This document shows positions 25,301 through 39,334 of a DNA stretch of 64,000 nucleotides, piece after piece. A program made the position numbers and the translations under genes. This stretch comes from Octopus bimaculoides. Taxonomy: Eukaryota. Location: positions 35,710,167 through 35,774,166 of the forward strand of contig NC_068982.1 in the NCBI RefSeq assembly GCF_001194135.2. The letters are read 5' to 3'. The number at the start of each line of letters is the position of its first letter. Positions within the stretch are counted from its first letter, which is position 1. The notes below the pieces were generated by a model, which was not told the DNA's origin, ran no database searches, and saw only the letters and a list, made by a program, of their open reading frames with translations.

Positions 25301-26880
25301 AAAAAAAAAGCAACAAGTTTGGCATATAACAGGCACACAAACTGCAAGAATTAAATGATTGGTTGAAAACAGTGAGAAAGGGCGTGTATGAATATGTATG
25401 TATGTGTGCATGTATGAGAGAAAGAGCAAGAAAATAAGAGATTCTGGAGTTCATTCATGGAAAATTGTGTACATTGACTGTGTTGTTCTGGTCTCAGACT
25501 AGCTGCCCTTAAGCAAATATCTCTGTTGATACCAAAATGTAAAAAAGACAACATTGATGTGAAAATTTCTGAGTCTGTGTGTGCATATGTATTATAGTAA
25601 GATATATTAATAGCTGCCTACTGAGCTGAATCTGTCAGAAAACTTTACCAAAATATGCTCAGGGAATCTAATAGCATTGCCGCTTTTCTCTTCTATCTGA
25701 TCTGACTGGTCCTGTCTTCTCCAGACTTTGTCTGCCAGTTCGGCTATACACCCTTATACACCAAGTGGAACTCCTTCCAATTTATTTTATTTTTTAATTT
25801 CAAATTGAGGTGGGAAGTATTTGTTATTTTGGCCAAAAAAGAAAAACAAAGGAAAAGAAAAGAAAGGAAAATGACACACACAAAAAAGAAAAATTCTTAC
25901 TGTTTATTTCTATTCTACCTCTATTATTTTTTTTTACTTTCATTTTTTTTTTTTCGTCTAAGAAATAATTTTAGATGCAGCAAAGATGAAGGACAAGGTC
26001 AGACAGTTAAAGATTTAGAGTAGAAATTTAATAGATAAACCCATAAAATGGATTCAGACGGCTAAAAATGTTTTCAGACCAAAGGAGAGATCAGACAACC
26101 AGAGAAATTATATTTCAATTTCTGTTGTAAGAAGACTAGGTTAGACAGCTTCCAAAATAATTTAGAAACTTCTGCTTACTTCTACATTAAAGACTTATCA
26201 GACAAATTGAGAAACAGCACATAATCTTCACAAACGGTAAAACTGTCCAAATAATATTCCAATTTGTTTCTTTTTAGTTTCCATACATATAAATATATTT
26301 GTAGGAACTCCCATATCTTTCCTGTATACTCTTCCATTAGATTCACGGATCTCTATTTTTCATATACCCCAAGTCAAATACTATCTCTTTGTTCTCACTC
26401 ACCTTCAATGTTATCAACTTTCATTTCTCTCTTCCCACCATCTTCCACAAAATCACCCAATTTGTGTTACCTTATTCTATGTTTATCAATTCCTATCTCA
26501 TTTTTATTATCATATTATTCATGTTCACCAATTTCAATCTTACTTCCAGCGCAATATCTAAAAATAATTGAAAATTACCCTGCATTTCATTTAAAAAAAT
26601 TTTTTTGTAAGATACTAAAATATCCTTTGCACATGAGAATACAATGATTATAGTCAATTGAAAGCCTACCTAGACTATATTATAACATCAAGGCTTATTT
26701 AAGAGGTAAAATACATTCTAATCTCATAGATTCAAATTGATCCCAGCTTCCAGTTGCAACAACATATAATATTCTTTATAAAACCTTAAATAGATTATCT
26801 CTTCTCCTTTTCCTGTTCACAACACTATGTTGGTGTGAACTAATCAATATGTGAGGAACTGTATACGTATAAGGTATAAA

Positions 26881-26955
26881 TGTGTGAATGTAAACACTTC
26901 TTAAATGTATGAATGTGTGCACTTCTTAAATGTGTGAATGTGTGCACTTCTTAAA
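26881..26955. repeat. 25-bp tandem repeat, 3 copies
   Basis: unit tgtgtgaatgtgtgcacttcttaaa at 26881, 26906 and 26931. Confidence 0.9.
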
Positions 26956-29900
26956 ATTCTTAATATTTCTTTTCATTTTTCTTCAGTGGTAGCATTATCT
27001 CAATTTATATTTTATTTTGTAATAATTTGGTCTTTAACAATAGCACAATAGTTTAATGCTACTATCTTCAGAACAGATTGCAATCCAGATCCATTAGAAG
27101 GTCATGTGACTTAGATTTCAAGAGGCTTCATTAAACACTTGGATTTTTAATTTGTATGACAGCAGTGAAATTAAGTTTTATTCAAGGGAGTTGGAATATT
27201 TGCTTCCATGAGTGTAATGTTAAGGTACTGGATTACTGACTACATGAAATAAGGACAACTTTATTGCAGTTTTAATTAAAAAAAACCTTGCTACAGTACT
27301 TAAACAATACAAATTACACTGCTTGATCCAAGCTGTCTACTATTAGATGTCACACCTACTTCATGATTTGGTGTTTGATACTAATATGGTTATACAGCTG
27401 TAAAAATAATTGCTCTAACATAATGTAAACACACAAATCTCCATGTGAGCATGGGAAAATGAACATTGAATATATTAAAAAAGAAAAATATTGCTGTCAA
27501 TACACCATACTTCAAATTATTTGCCACTTGGGTACAGAACCTCAAATTCACAGCAATGGGGATTATGGAAATAAAAGAATAAACTTTCATCTTTGAATTA
27601 TATACTTTTAAATCTTTGCTTTTTATTTTCCCCTTCAGATAATTTTCTCCTTTAAATATCCTTCTTATTTTTCAAGTTGTTAAACTTGCAACCTTCTGTT
27701 TCCAGCAAGCCTATAAACAATGGTAGATACAAAACGTATGTGTTGTGTGCATATATATATATACACACACATGCATTTGTATGTACTAGTTTACATGTGT
27801 TTCTATTGTCCAAAAGTATAGGAGCTGGGGGCAGAGAATCTGTTTACTTCAAGTAATACAAAGCAAAAAATTTAATCAAATATTTAATTATAATTAACAA
27901 ATAAAACATAACAGTTATGTATTATTACTAGAATTAAATTACTCTTCTAAAAATACTTTCTCTATAGTATCCCCTTAATTTGTTTTTTAACAGTAATTGA
28001 AATTTCTTTCAAGAACTTAAAGCCCCTGGTAGGTTTCTGATTGTTCAACCAAACATGAAAGAAAATTACTTTATTCAAGTAAAGACTAATAAAATTGCTC
28101 TATGTTTATTAAAATCATTTCCTGAAGACTGAAAATAATAAATTTCAAACGAAAACCTGATGCCTTTAAGTGAAGTAAGTCATCATGACTCCTCATTATT
28201 GTGTGGTAGCCTACTGTGTAGTTTACAGCCACCATCACACAGCATTATTTTCAGCCTGAGGACATTCAAAATGCAAGGCTCAAATATCATTAAACTACTT
28301 GATTCTATCTGATATATACTTCTCCAAATTCAGAGTCAAAGTGATAATAGAATTGTGTTTAGTGCTATAACTGGTCATATACTCTGTCCTACCAAATTTT
28401 AGCTTAAATGATTACCACAATGTTATCCATTAAAACTGCTGTGAAAATGACATGTTTAAAAACTTAAGATTCTTCTATGGAAGTAATATGGTGAGAATAA
28501 CTTTAACTGGAACCTCTCTAAATATCTCAGAAATGTACGTGTAGATTTGAAACATTCACATTCAGTTGAAATACCTTTGCTACAAAAAAGTAAGGCAGCA
28601 TGCTGGCAGTCATTAGCACTTTCAGACCAAATGCTTAGTGGTATTTCTTGTCTCTTTATATTATGAATTCAAGTTTGACTTTGCCTTTCATCTTTCATCG
28701 ATAAAATAAGTACCAAAGTCAATGTAATCACCTCCCACTCGCCTCAGAAAATTGCTGGCCTTGTGCCAAAATTAGAAACCAGTATAATACAAAAGTTTAA
28801 TTTTGAAACAATAAATATAATCTTCAAATTTACTTCCTGACCAAGAGCTTTTGCAAATGATATCAACAGTTTGAAATCTCTCTCTTTCTTTATATATATA
28901 TATATATATATATATTTCCTATTTCAGAAAGTTGTATTATCTTCCTGTCAATAATAATTCATAAAAGTCACAATACTAGGAGTGAAAAGAGATATGGTAC
29001 TGTACAGACACAGCTAGACCATACCAGTACATAATTAAATCAATATTGATCTGGCGATAACAATGCCTAATTTGAATGACATTTTAACCTTTCTTTCTGC
29101 TCATTCTCTGTTGTATTTATTCCAAAATGTCTAAGTGTTACCTAAAGCAATTACTTCTCTAGTCACAGATATGTTGTATTATGTTTGGGGACAAGTCACC
29201 CAAATTTATTTGATTAAAAAAAGAAAGGAGCATTTCTAAATCATAGAGGAGTGATTAGTGTGGCTAGAATCATTCAGTTGCACGTGTGAAAATGCCATGG
29301 GAGTTATGATAAACTACTTGTCTATCTGGAGGTTTCTTGGAATAAGATTTGAGTTGACTTCAAAATGTTGATAGAGACAGGCTGAGTATTTCATGCTTGA
29401 TAAGCAATCAATTGTTCAGGAACAAGAGTGAAAGAGACAAAGGGAAGTAGCAATTTCCTGTGTCTTAGACATAAATTTATATCTGCACCTTCATTTCATA
29501 ACTGTTCTCAGTGGTTTTCATTTTTATCTCTTTCTAATCTTATTGCTGGTCTACTTACCTGCCAGTCAGCCTCTCTCACTCTCTCTCTCTCTTTCTCCTT
29601 CTCACTCTCCCTCTCTCTCTCTCTCTGTCACACACGTTCATACCAACTTTAATATGAAGAATAATTTGCTTTTCTCTTTCATTCCCTTTTATTTTTGTAG
29701 AATTCCCAAAAAGAAAACCAAGGCAATCAACTAACTTATTTTGCCTTTCTTTTGCACCCTCTTTCATCTATGCAGAACCTAATAAAACTTTACATATTTA
29801 ATGTTGTAATCCTTTAATTATACTTTAATATGTTTCTTCCTTAAATTTTTGATTGGTTTGCTTCTGAGTAAACTGATTGTAATTCACTGTCTTAGCCATG

Positions 29901-30800
29901 TGAATAAACAGTTTCAGAATTTCATTCTTGAGCAGACTCCTTCCTCAATCTAATCATTGATTCTGAAAAATGTTGCACAGAGCTAGAGATTATCCTGAGT
30001 TTCAGGCATAAAAGAAATGATCACCACTTCTAACCCATGACAGAACATTCACCAACCAACTGCAACATGTGTCCTCTTGAAAAAATTTAAGCCCAGCAAT
30101 CAAAGATAACAAAAAAGAAAAAACACTCATTAATTATATTGTGCTCCCACTACTTACAGGACTAAAAGTAAACTGAACCACTGAGAATTAAACATCTTGT
30201 TCTATAATAGTTATTCTCTTTAATGCATCCATTAATATTCTGTAAGAGATTAAGGCAGCGAACTGGCAGAAGTGTTGACACACTGAACAAAGTGCTTAGT
30301 GGCATTTCTTCTGGCTTTTCTTTCTGAGTTCAAATTCTGCTGAGTGTGACTTTGCCTTTCATCTTTTCAGAATTGATAAAATAAGCACCAGTTGATGTAA
30401 CTGACTAGTCTGTCTCACAAAATTGCAGGCCTTGTGCCTATAGTAGAAAGAAATATTCTATAATATTCCACCAAACTTTTTCTCTGACTAGAGCTTTTCT
30501 CTGACTAGAGCTCATCTGACTAGAGCTTATTCCAGTTTCTATGGCATTTAAGCAATAGAGAGTACCCCTGAACAGAATACCAGTCTGATGCTATTGCTGG
30601 TACTCATGTTCAACAGAGTGGACTGAAGCTATGTGAAATGAAGTGCCTTGCTCAAGGACACAACACATCACCCAGTCACGAACTGGAGCCAGGACCTAAC
30701 AATCATGAGTCCATCACCTGAAAACACTATGCCACACATCTTCACACAAGAAACCTTCTGTGTTTAAAATGTCTGCTGATATTTCACATTTCTTTTTCCT

Positions 30801-31025
30801 TTGACCCTTAAGCATTCAGATTACTCTGTCAGGTATAATACTTATTTATCCACATTGTTTTGAATTAATCATACATTATCTTGTAGCTTCAAGATTTTGA
30901 TGATGTTGTTTATTTTTAGAATGACACAGCAAAATAGGTGTGAGAGGCTATATTTGGCCAGTTTGAACATAAAGCTGGTAAAATATTTGGGCCAGACACG
31001 GCCAGTTTAAATGCTAAAAGGTTAA
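30801..31025. mobile_element. piggyBac-type MITE (TTAA/CCCT termini), representative copy
   Basis: termini ttgacccttaagcatt ... aatgctaaaaggttaa; related copies near 5195-5412, 9470-9630, 45040-45220 and 49095-49650. Confidence 0.7.
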
Positions 31026-32545
31026 AATAAATAGAAAACTAAAAGGTATACAAATATTTCAAAATAAAACTCTTTCCACAGACATAAAACCCTTTTCATA
31101 AGGAACAGAAGTTATAGAAAACTGCAATGAAATCAGTGTATTACTGGTTTTGATCTTTTGACCCCAAAGTAGTGGAAAGCATACATAACTCTCAACAGAA
31201 TTTTAATTTTGGGCCACAGAACATCATACAAGTGGCAGTTAAACTTCTACTCTATTTCTCAATCCACCTGCTACCCTAATATTAAAACACCTGATCATAA
31301 ATTATGTTACCTGGCCCTTGAAGTGAAAACATTAAAACACTACCAATTAATGTGTATAATTTTTTGTTTGTTCGTTTTTGCTTGTGGAGTTGCAACTGGA
31401 AGACTAAAATTTTAAAAGCCAAATATGAGTTCAGTATGGTCTCTTAAAAATCTTCCTCATATTTTATTATCAGGCCATTTGATTTTTTTTTTTTTTTATA
31501 TTGGGGGTAGTCAGATTCTAGCTGTGTTAGTAACATAAATATTGAGTAAACAGTCTTCTTTCTTGAAATACAAGTTATTATACTACAGCAAAAATTTCGG
31601 TCTTCTGTAAAATATATTACTGGAGGGAGGAAGAGAGAGAATGTGTTTGCACGTGCTCTAAGTATTTATGTGGAGGTTCTTTTATTTTATTTTGTTGTTT
31701 TTCTTTGTAACCTCAAATCTTTATGCTATAGACTATCTTAGCTTGTGTCTGTTTCAACTATAAAGACATCTGTAGAAAGTTTCATCATGTCATCTAAAAG
31801 AATAAAAATTCAGTTTTCATTAATACTGTTGAAATTTAAGCAAAAAAAAAGTTTTTCAATAAAACTTATTCAAATAATATGAATTCATGAATAATTATTG
31901 ACATCAATGAAGGAAAAAAATTCCTTAATTACAAATAAATATTGTTTTTAATGGATTGTATACAATATCTTTTCCACTAAAAGTCATGTTTATATACCAC
32001 ACCTTGCTTTCAAACAAGATACATTAAAAGATTCAATTACCTTATCTATTTCAAAGAGCAGCAGAAATGAGTTAAGCTCCTACCTTACTGAATCTATGAT
32101 GCAGTTTCGATTCAGATGGTATTTTCTTTTCATTGTTAATCATTTTTTTTTTTCTCCTCAAAGTATTTTTAACATAATATCTTTATGATGTAATTTCCTT
32201 CTCCCTCACCTATGAATCCTTGGTCTCATATCTCATTTCTTTTATTAGGAGGCTTATTGCTTTTTTGTGGGATTATAATTACCATTATTGCGTCATTTAC
32301 TACTCAACATAATCCATTAACTGGACATTCTTTACTATAAATTTTTCATTATTATATTAATATAATTATCAAAGATGAAGAGTGGTAAAATCAGTAGAAT
32401 ACAGAAAGTGTCCTCTACTGTATTTGGTTATGTTCCTTTTACATTATGAATTCAAAGTGCACTGAAGCCAACTTGTCTTTTATCTGATTATGAAGTCTTT
32501 AAACTAAGTATTAGTAAAGTACTAAGGTTGAAATCATCAACACTA

Positions 32546-32619
<74 letters not shown>

Positions 32620-34335
32620 AAATGTGTAGTTGTATGCCAGTATTAGAAATTAAAACAGGCACCATGTGACAGATTTATGAACCTATAATCTAATTTTGGT
32701 ACTTCGTTGTACCTTAAATTATTAAGGAAAGACACTTCCTACCTGCTATAGTAATTAGGAAATTTTTCCCTAAAATGTATTTTACCATTTAAGAGATAGA
32801 TAGAATAAAATGGTGGTATTAAGCAAACCACTTAGAAACAGTACAGTGTTCTAAAGCAGTGTTCCACAACCTTTTTTTCACTTCCGGTACACTTATATTC
32901 TTTTCAAGATTCGGTGACACACCTGAACTAAAAATATAACTAAAAGTATAGGGAAAAAATTATATTCAGGTTACACTCTGGCACACCTAGCATCGTTTCA
33001 TGGCACACCAGTGTGTCATGGCATACCGTTTCTACAGAATTAATACAATTTTTGTTTTGACTCTAAGAGAGAGACATATTTCACTTTATTCATGTCATGT
33101 TTCTAATATCATTACAGAAGTGCATAAATTTTCATCATGCTCTCAGTCAATATTGTTAATACACCCCCTTGATGTAAAGCAGATTCATCGACTCATTTTT
33201 ATCCCTGCTTCCTCAGTCCTGTCCTTAAAATCTTCTTTGGTAGCAATTTTCCAAGTAGTAAGTTCATTTCCATGAGAGTAGAAAAGACAAAGAATCCACC
33301 CACAAAGTCTCAACTAAATTCGACTTTCATTTATCATTAAGAGAAAGTAGGACCTACTTTCATTTGTTAAATTGTTAATTTTTTTCTTTTCCACCATTTA
33401 ATTGGCTATGTATTTAGTATTTTTTATAAATGGTCTCTATTGCCAAAGCCCTTATTAGTAGTTACCCACTCTACCACTAATAAAATAGGGAACATAAACT
33501 AATTTTACATTTGTTTGAACTGTTCTTTTATGTTCTTGTGTAACTGATTGACTTTAATTCTTTTGATTATTACCCTTGTAATATTTCAAAAAGTTCTATT
33601 CATCTTTCTGTGTGAAATAAAAGAAAGTCTGGTGTTTGTGGGTGGGTGCGGTCTGTGTGTCTGTCTAATTAATGTATGAATGTAAACTTTGTGGAATATT
33701 TACATAAGTATGTTGTTTCTTTAGCTAAATTTCTACTTCTAGACACAAACCAAACAAACTTTGAACAAAGATTGTATACATTAGTAAACTCTGTTAATAT
33801 AAACTACAAATTATATTGGCAAAAAAAAAACTGACTAATTAACTCAAAGCTGCAACAGTAATAGTTGGCTTTGTTGGTAGTTCTGATCAACTCAAGCAAA
33901 CCACAAACAATTGTTTCATCATAAACAATTGATGTATAACTGACTGCATAAAGCGTAGGTTTCCAAATTGAGGATTATGCTGACTTTTTTTGACTGAGGT
34001 ATAGGACAAGTGGATAAATTACACATGCAAATGATATTTGGTGGAAATACTTCAACAGATATTGAAAACCTAAAATGCAAACTGGGTCTCGAGAAATCTT
34101 TTATAAAAAGAAAAAGTACATATACAAGCTTGACTCTTAATTCCAAAAGCTCTTGTATAATTTCTTTCTTTACAAATGTGTCATTTTAAATGTACTTCTT
34201 AAAATATTCTACCTTTTACTTAAAATTCTACTTTTCTTTCATCCCACCCAGAAAAAAAATCTAACCACTAACACCAAATTCTTCTCAAAAAAATCAATCT
34301 TTATACTTGTACTCCTTTTTTCATTTTTCTTTGTT

Positions 34336-34372
<37 letters not shown>

Positions 34373-35152
34373 ATACTCAAGATCATATACTCAATATGTA
34401 ACACAATATGCAAAGATCCCTTCCCTATCCTCAGCATAAACAATCGTACTCATTGTATATCTTAACCGTCACCAAACCTACTACCATAATATATCTAAAA
34501 CCCTCCAACCCATCTTCGCTCTATCTTCCACTTGGTTTTTTTTTCTTTTTTTTTTTATGTCTACCCAAAAACTCCATCTTACTGTTTTTCTATAATTTGA
34601 TAACTGAAGGTTTTGATTCTTACAAGCTGTCTTTTCTCCCTTTTACTATAACTAAACTATTTTTCATTGGTATTTTTCTACGTTTTTTTTTTCTTGTTTT
34701 TGTTTTTGTTTGAGTTGATTTCTCCCTCCCCTTCAACTCTTTAGTGTTTATCTTTGTGGACACAGCTGTTTCTCATAAGTGTGTGCACGTGTATGTATGT
34801 ATTTTTTTTCCAGTGTCTATATGCAAGAGTGCGTGCAGTTCTATGATCAAATGTATATATAATATATATGTGTGTATATATATACATATATATATGTATA
34901 TGTATGTATGTATATCTTGCTTATGACTGATTTCATAAATTTATATATATAGTTATAAATATATAAGTGTGTGTATGTGCATATGTATGTATATGTGCGT
35001 GCACGCTTAATTGTGTACAATTATGATTCAATATATGTATATATTTGCATGAACGAATAAATTTGCAAATCTTTGAGAGTTTGCAGTGAAGAATAGAGCG
35101 AGTGTTTTATGGGAAGGTTTACAGTTATATGAGTGAGTAAATCAAAAGTATA

Positions 35153-35233
<81 letters not shown>

Positions 35234-35245
35234 TTATATATATAC

Positions 35246-35279
<34 letters not shown>

Positions 35280-35613
35280 ATATATATTCCCAGTCCTCCA
35301 GAACCATTCTTGGCATTCCGTAGCCTTGCCGTTGTGTGCAAGTTGTCAGAGAGATTCGCTGTGTCCAGCTTGCTAGCCATGTTACATGTGAAACGTGCTT
35401 GCACACATTGCCTATCTTACTATACCAACCACTATGTCTAGCTGTTGTGATTAAAAGCACCTTACTACTCTGGCCTCAAATGATGCTGCCAGATTGTATT
35501 ATAGTTATTGTGACTAAATAAATAGACACACTTCTTAAATACTACCACTTGCTTTAGATTTTTTCTCTTTTACTTGCTCTAACTCTCTCTCTTTCTCTCT
35601 CTGTTTCTTTCCT

Positions 35614-35649
<36 letters not shown>

Positions 35650-36639
35650 CCTCTATTTCTTTCTTCATCATTTCCTTTCATACATGATGATTCAAAGATA
35701 AAAGAAACGGGAAGAAAAAAATAGAGAAAAATAAATATATCTTTTCTTCAAGCTTGCTAACTTCTTGGCAAGTTCTCAAAATTGTTAAACTAAAAATATA
35801 TATATATATATATTAAAAAAGAAATGTCTTGTTAAAAATAACATGTAATATAATTAATGATAATAACAATAATAATAATAATGATAATATTAATAATAAT
35901 AATAATATAAATAAAATAAAACAAAATGAACTTTACTGTTAAATTTATCGTCAAATAACTAAAATTTGTAAAATTTCAAATTAATTCTGAATTCAGACTT
36001 TTTCATTTTNNNNNNNNNNNNNNNNNNNNNNNNNNNNNNNNNNNNNNNNNNNNNNNNNNNNNNNNNNNNNNNNNNNNNNNNNNNNNNNNNNNNNNNNNNN
36101 NNNNNNNNNNNNNNNNNNNNNNNNNNNNNNNNNNNNNNNNNNNNNNNNNNNNNNNNNNNNNNNNNNNNNNNNNNNNNNNNNNNNNNNNNNNNNNNNNNNN
36201 NNNNNNNNNNNNNNNNNNNNNNNNNNNNNNNNNNNNNNNNNNNNNNNNNNNNNNNNNNNNNNNNNNNNNNNNNNNNNNNNNNNNNNNNNNNNNNNNNNNN
36301 NNNNNNNNNNNNNNNNNNNNNNNNNNNNNNNNNNNNNNNNNNNNNNNNNNNNNNNNNNNNNNNNNNNNNNNNNNNNNNNNNNNNNNNNNNNNNNNNNNNN
36401 NNNNNNNNNNNNNNNNNNNNNNNNNNNNNNNNNNNNNNNNNNNNNNNNNNNNNNNNNNNNNNNNNNNNNNNNNNNNNNNNNNNNNNNNNNNNNNNNNNNN
36501 NNNNNNNNNNNNNNNNNNNNNNNNNNNNNNNNNNNNNNNNNNNNNNNNNNNNNNNNNNNNNNNNNNNNNNNNNNNNNNNNNNNNNNNNNNNNNNNNNNNN
36601 NNNNNNNNNNNNNNNNNNNNNNNNNNNNNGATCTCATAC

Positions 36640-36671
<32 letters not shown>

Positions 36672-37406
36672 ATGTTTATACACATATGTATGTGTGTGTA
36701 TGTATATATACATACATACAATGGGCTTCCATTGGTTATTTAAACTGAAACTATTATTGTAATGAAAAGAAAACATCATTAGCATTAACAAAAATTATTC
36801 TAAAAGGTGAAAAAAAAAAACTCTTAAAAGATCAAAAATTAAAATAAGTTATGAAAAGTGTAGTGAGTCTGATCCTTGATCACTATGGTGACAACTCCAA
36901 ATATATTTTGGTCTTATTGAACCTCCTTAGCTAAGCATTTTCAACATACAGCTACCTGATCACAGGATAACCTGGGGAGTTTGGGAAAATTTCCCAAAGC
37001 TCCTTCTGGCTGAAGAATGTATTTTTAAGCGGAAATTCATGGTATCTGCAGTTATATCAGGAATAAACAAGAGAGCCTCAACATTGATGCTTAATCTGCT
37101 AAAACAACAGACAAATCTGCCCTAAATGAAACTCCAGTATTTTAATCAAAGAAGAACACATTGGATGATGTAGTCCTAGATACCCCTAAACACATGGAAT
37201 AGTCATAACTCGAATACTTTTGGTCACAGATTTACTCATTCAAAGTTGACCTTGGGTTCAGCAACAAGTATTGAAATATAAGTTAACTTCACTCAAATCA
37301 AGTATAGATGGACAGATGGATACCTGTATATATATATGTGTGAGTGTGTGTATATATATATAATGTATATATATGTGTGTGTGTGATGTCTCTGATATAA
37401 AAATCT

Positions 37407-37440
<34 letters not shown>

Positions 37441-37780
37441 AAATAGTGAATGAGTATATGCATATATACGTACAGGTATGTGCGTACCGACATCCACCTG
37501 TATGTATAGGTGCATATCTGGGTACAGGACATTGCAAACAAAACGTAGACGAGAAAACACACAAGCCACATAGAGAACATTCTACTTCATCAGCTACCCC
37601 CGTTTATTCTCTTACACATAAAAAAACACAGCTACCCACTGAACTAACAACACACACATCTTGTGTATGGGTGTTCGATTTTTGCACACACACACACACA
37701 CACACATATATAGGTGCAAGTGTAGCTAAGTGGTAAGAAGTTTGCTTCCCAACTACATGGTTCCGGGTTCAGTCCCACTG

Positions 37781-38339
37781 TAAAGGTGGAAATAGCATGA
37801 AAGTATGTTTAAAGATTGTTTTATATTTGTTACATTAAGCAACTTTTATAAAATATTGCTGGTTTTGGTGTATATGTCCATCTTATCAAATATCAAAAAT
37901 TCAAAGAAAAAATTAGGAAATAAGGAAAAATTGGCAATTAAAAACAGTTTGTATTCATATTTTGCGTGTAAAGAACATCTTTGGAATTGTATCTTAAGGT
38001 CTCTTCTTATATATGTTGTCTATGTAGAGGTCTGAAATGGGATTCAAAAGGTCAAGTATGTAGGGGTTTGGAAACCCCATTTCAGACCCCAACATAGACA
38101 ACATATATAAGAAGAGACTTTAAGATAAAATTCCAAACATGTTCTTAACTACACACAAAATATGAGAACAAACTGTTTTAAATTTCCTACTTTTTCTTAT
38201 TTCCTAATTTTTGACTTTGAATTTTTTATATTTGATAAGATGATCATACATATCAAAACTAGTGATATTTTATAAAAGTTACTTAATGTATCAAATATAA
38301 AACAATCTTTAAATAAACGTTCATCCTGTTTCCACTTTA
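37781..38339. mobile_element. About 560-bp foldback element with arms of about 260 bp
   Basis: taaaggtggaaa... left arm to about 38041 mirrors ...tttccacttta right arm from about 38075, with a short central loop. Confidence 0.85.
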
Positions 38340-38753
38340 CTTTTTAACTATAACTTCTGATTTGTATGGATTATTAACCCCTTTTCAACTATATACATAG
38401 ATAGATAGATAGATAGATATATGTGTGTGTGTGTATAAAGAGAGAGAGAGAGTGAGAGGCATACACACATACACGTGTGTATATATAACACATTCATTAT
38501 AAAAAAATAAGGCAAGTTGCCATTGCCAGTTTTGTTAACACTCAGACACTCAGATATGATGTTTCACTAAAATTTAAATACTTTGTAGTAGGAATTATAT
38601 CATAAATGAATCAGGAAGACTGCATTTCTTACATTTAGCAGTTCTTATATTCCACTGGTTTACATTGTTGAAAGCGTTGCAAGAGGAGAGTGAGTACTCT
38701 ATGTTCCTGCCTATGAATCTCTTGTGGTAGGCAGAGAGGGATAAATTTTATAG

Positions 38754-39334
38754 TACCTCTGCCTTAAGAATTTATTGAATCATACCTCAACCTCAAGAAT
38801 TTATTGAATGATACTTCTTCAAAAATTGTTGAATGGTATGTTTTCTGCCTCAAGAATTAATTGAACGGTACTTCTGCCTCAAGAATTAATTGAATGTACC
38901 ACTGCTTCAAGAATTGAATGGTACCTCTGCCTCAAGAATTAATTGAGTGGTATCTCTGCATCAAGAATTAACTGAGTGGTACCTCTACCTCAAAAATTAA
39001 CTGAATGGTACTTCTGCCTCAAGAAATGAGTGGTACTTCTGCCTCAAGAATTTATTGAATGATACCTCTTCATCAAGAATTAATTGAAAAGTACTTCTTC
39101 TTCAAGAATTAAGTGAATGGTACCTTTACTTCAAGAATTGAGTAGTAGTACCTCTGCCTCAAGAATTTATTTGAATGGTACCTTTGTTTCAAGGACTGAA
39201 TGGTACTTCTGCCTCAAGAATTAATTAAATGGTGCCTCTGCCTCATGAATTAATTGAATGGTACCTCTGCCTCAAGAATATTTTGCATAGTTCCTCTGCC
39301 TAAAGAATATTTTGCATAGTTCCTCTGCCTAAAG
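38754..39334. repeat. Degenerate 29-bp minisatellite, about 20 units
   Basis: consensus tacctctgcctcaagaattaattgaatgg in direct tandem with no spacers. Confidence 0.92.

Noticed and set aside
30484-30527. Three copies of ctgactagagct as a regulatory motif cluster
   Set aside because: Simple slippage duplication is sufficient; no recognisable binding site.
38754-39334. CRISPR-like array of about 29-bp repeats
   Set aside because: Units are contiguous and degenerate with no unique spacers; eukaryotic context and no cas genes.
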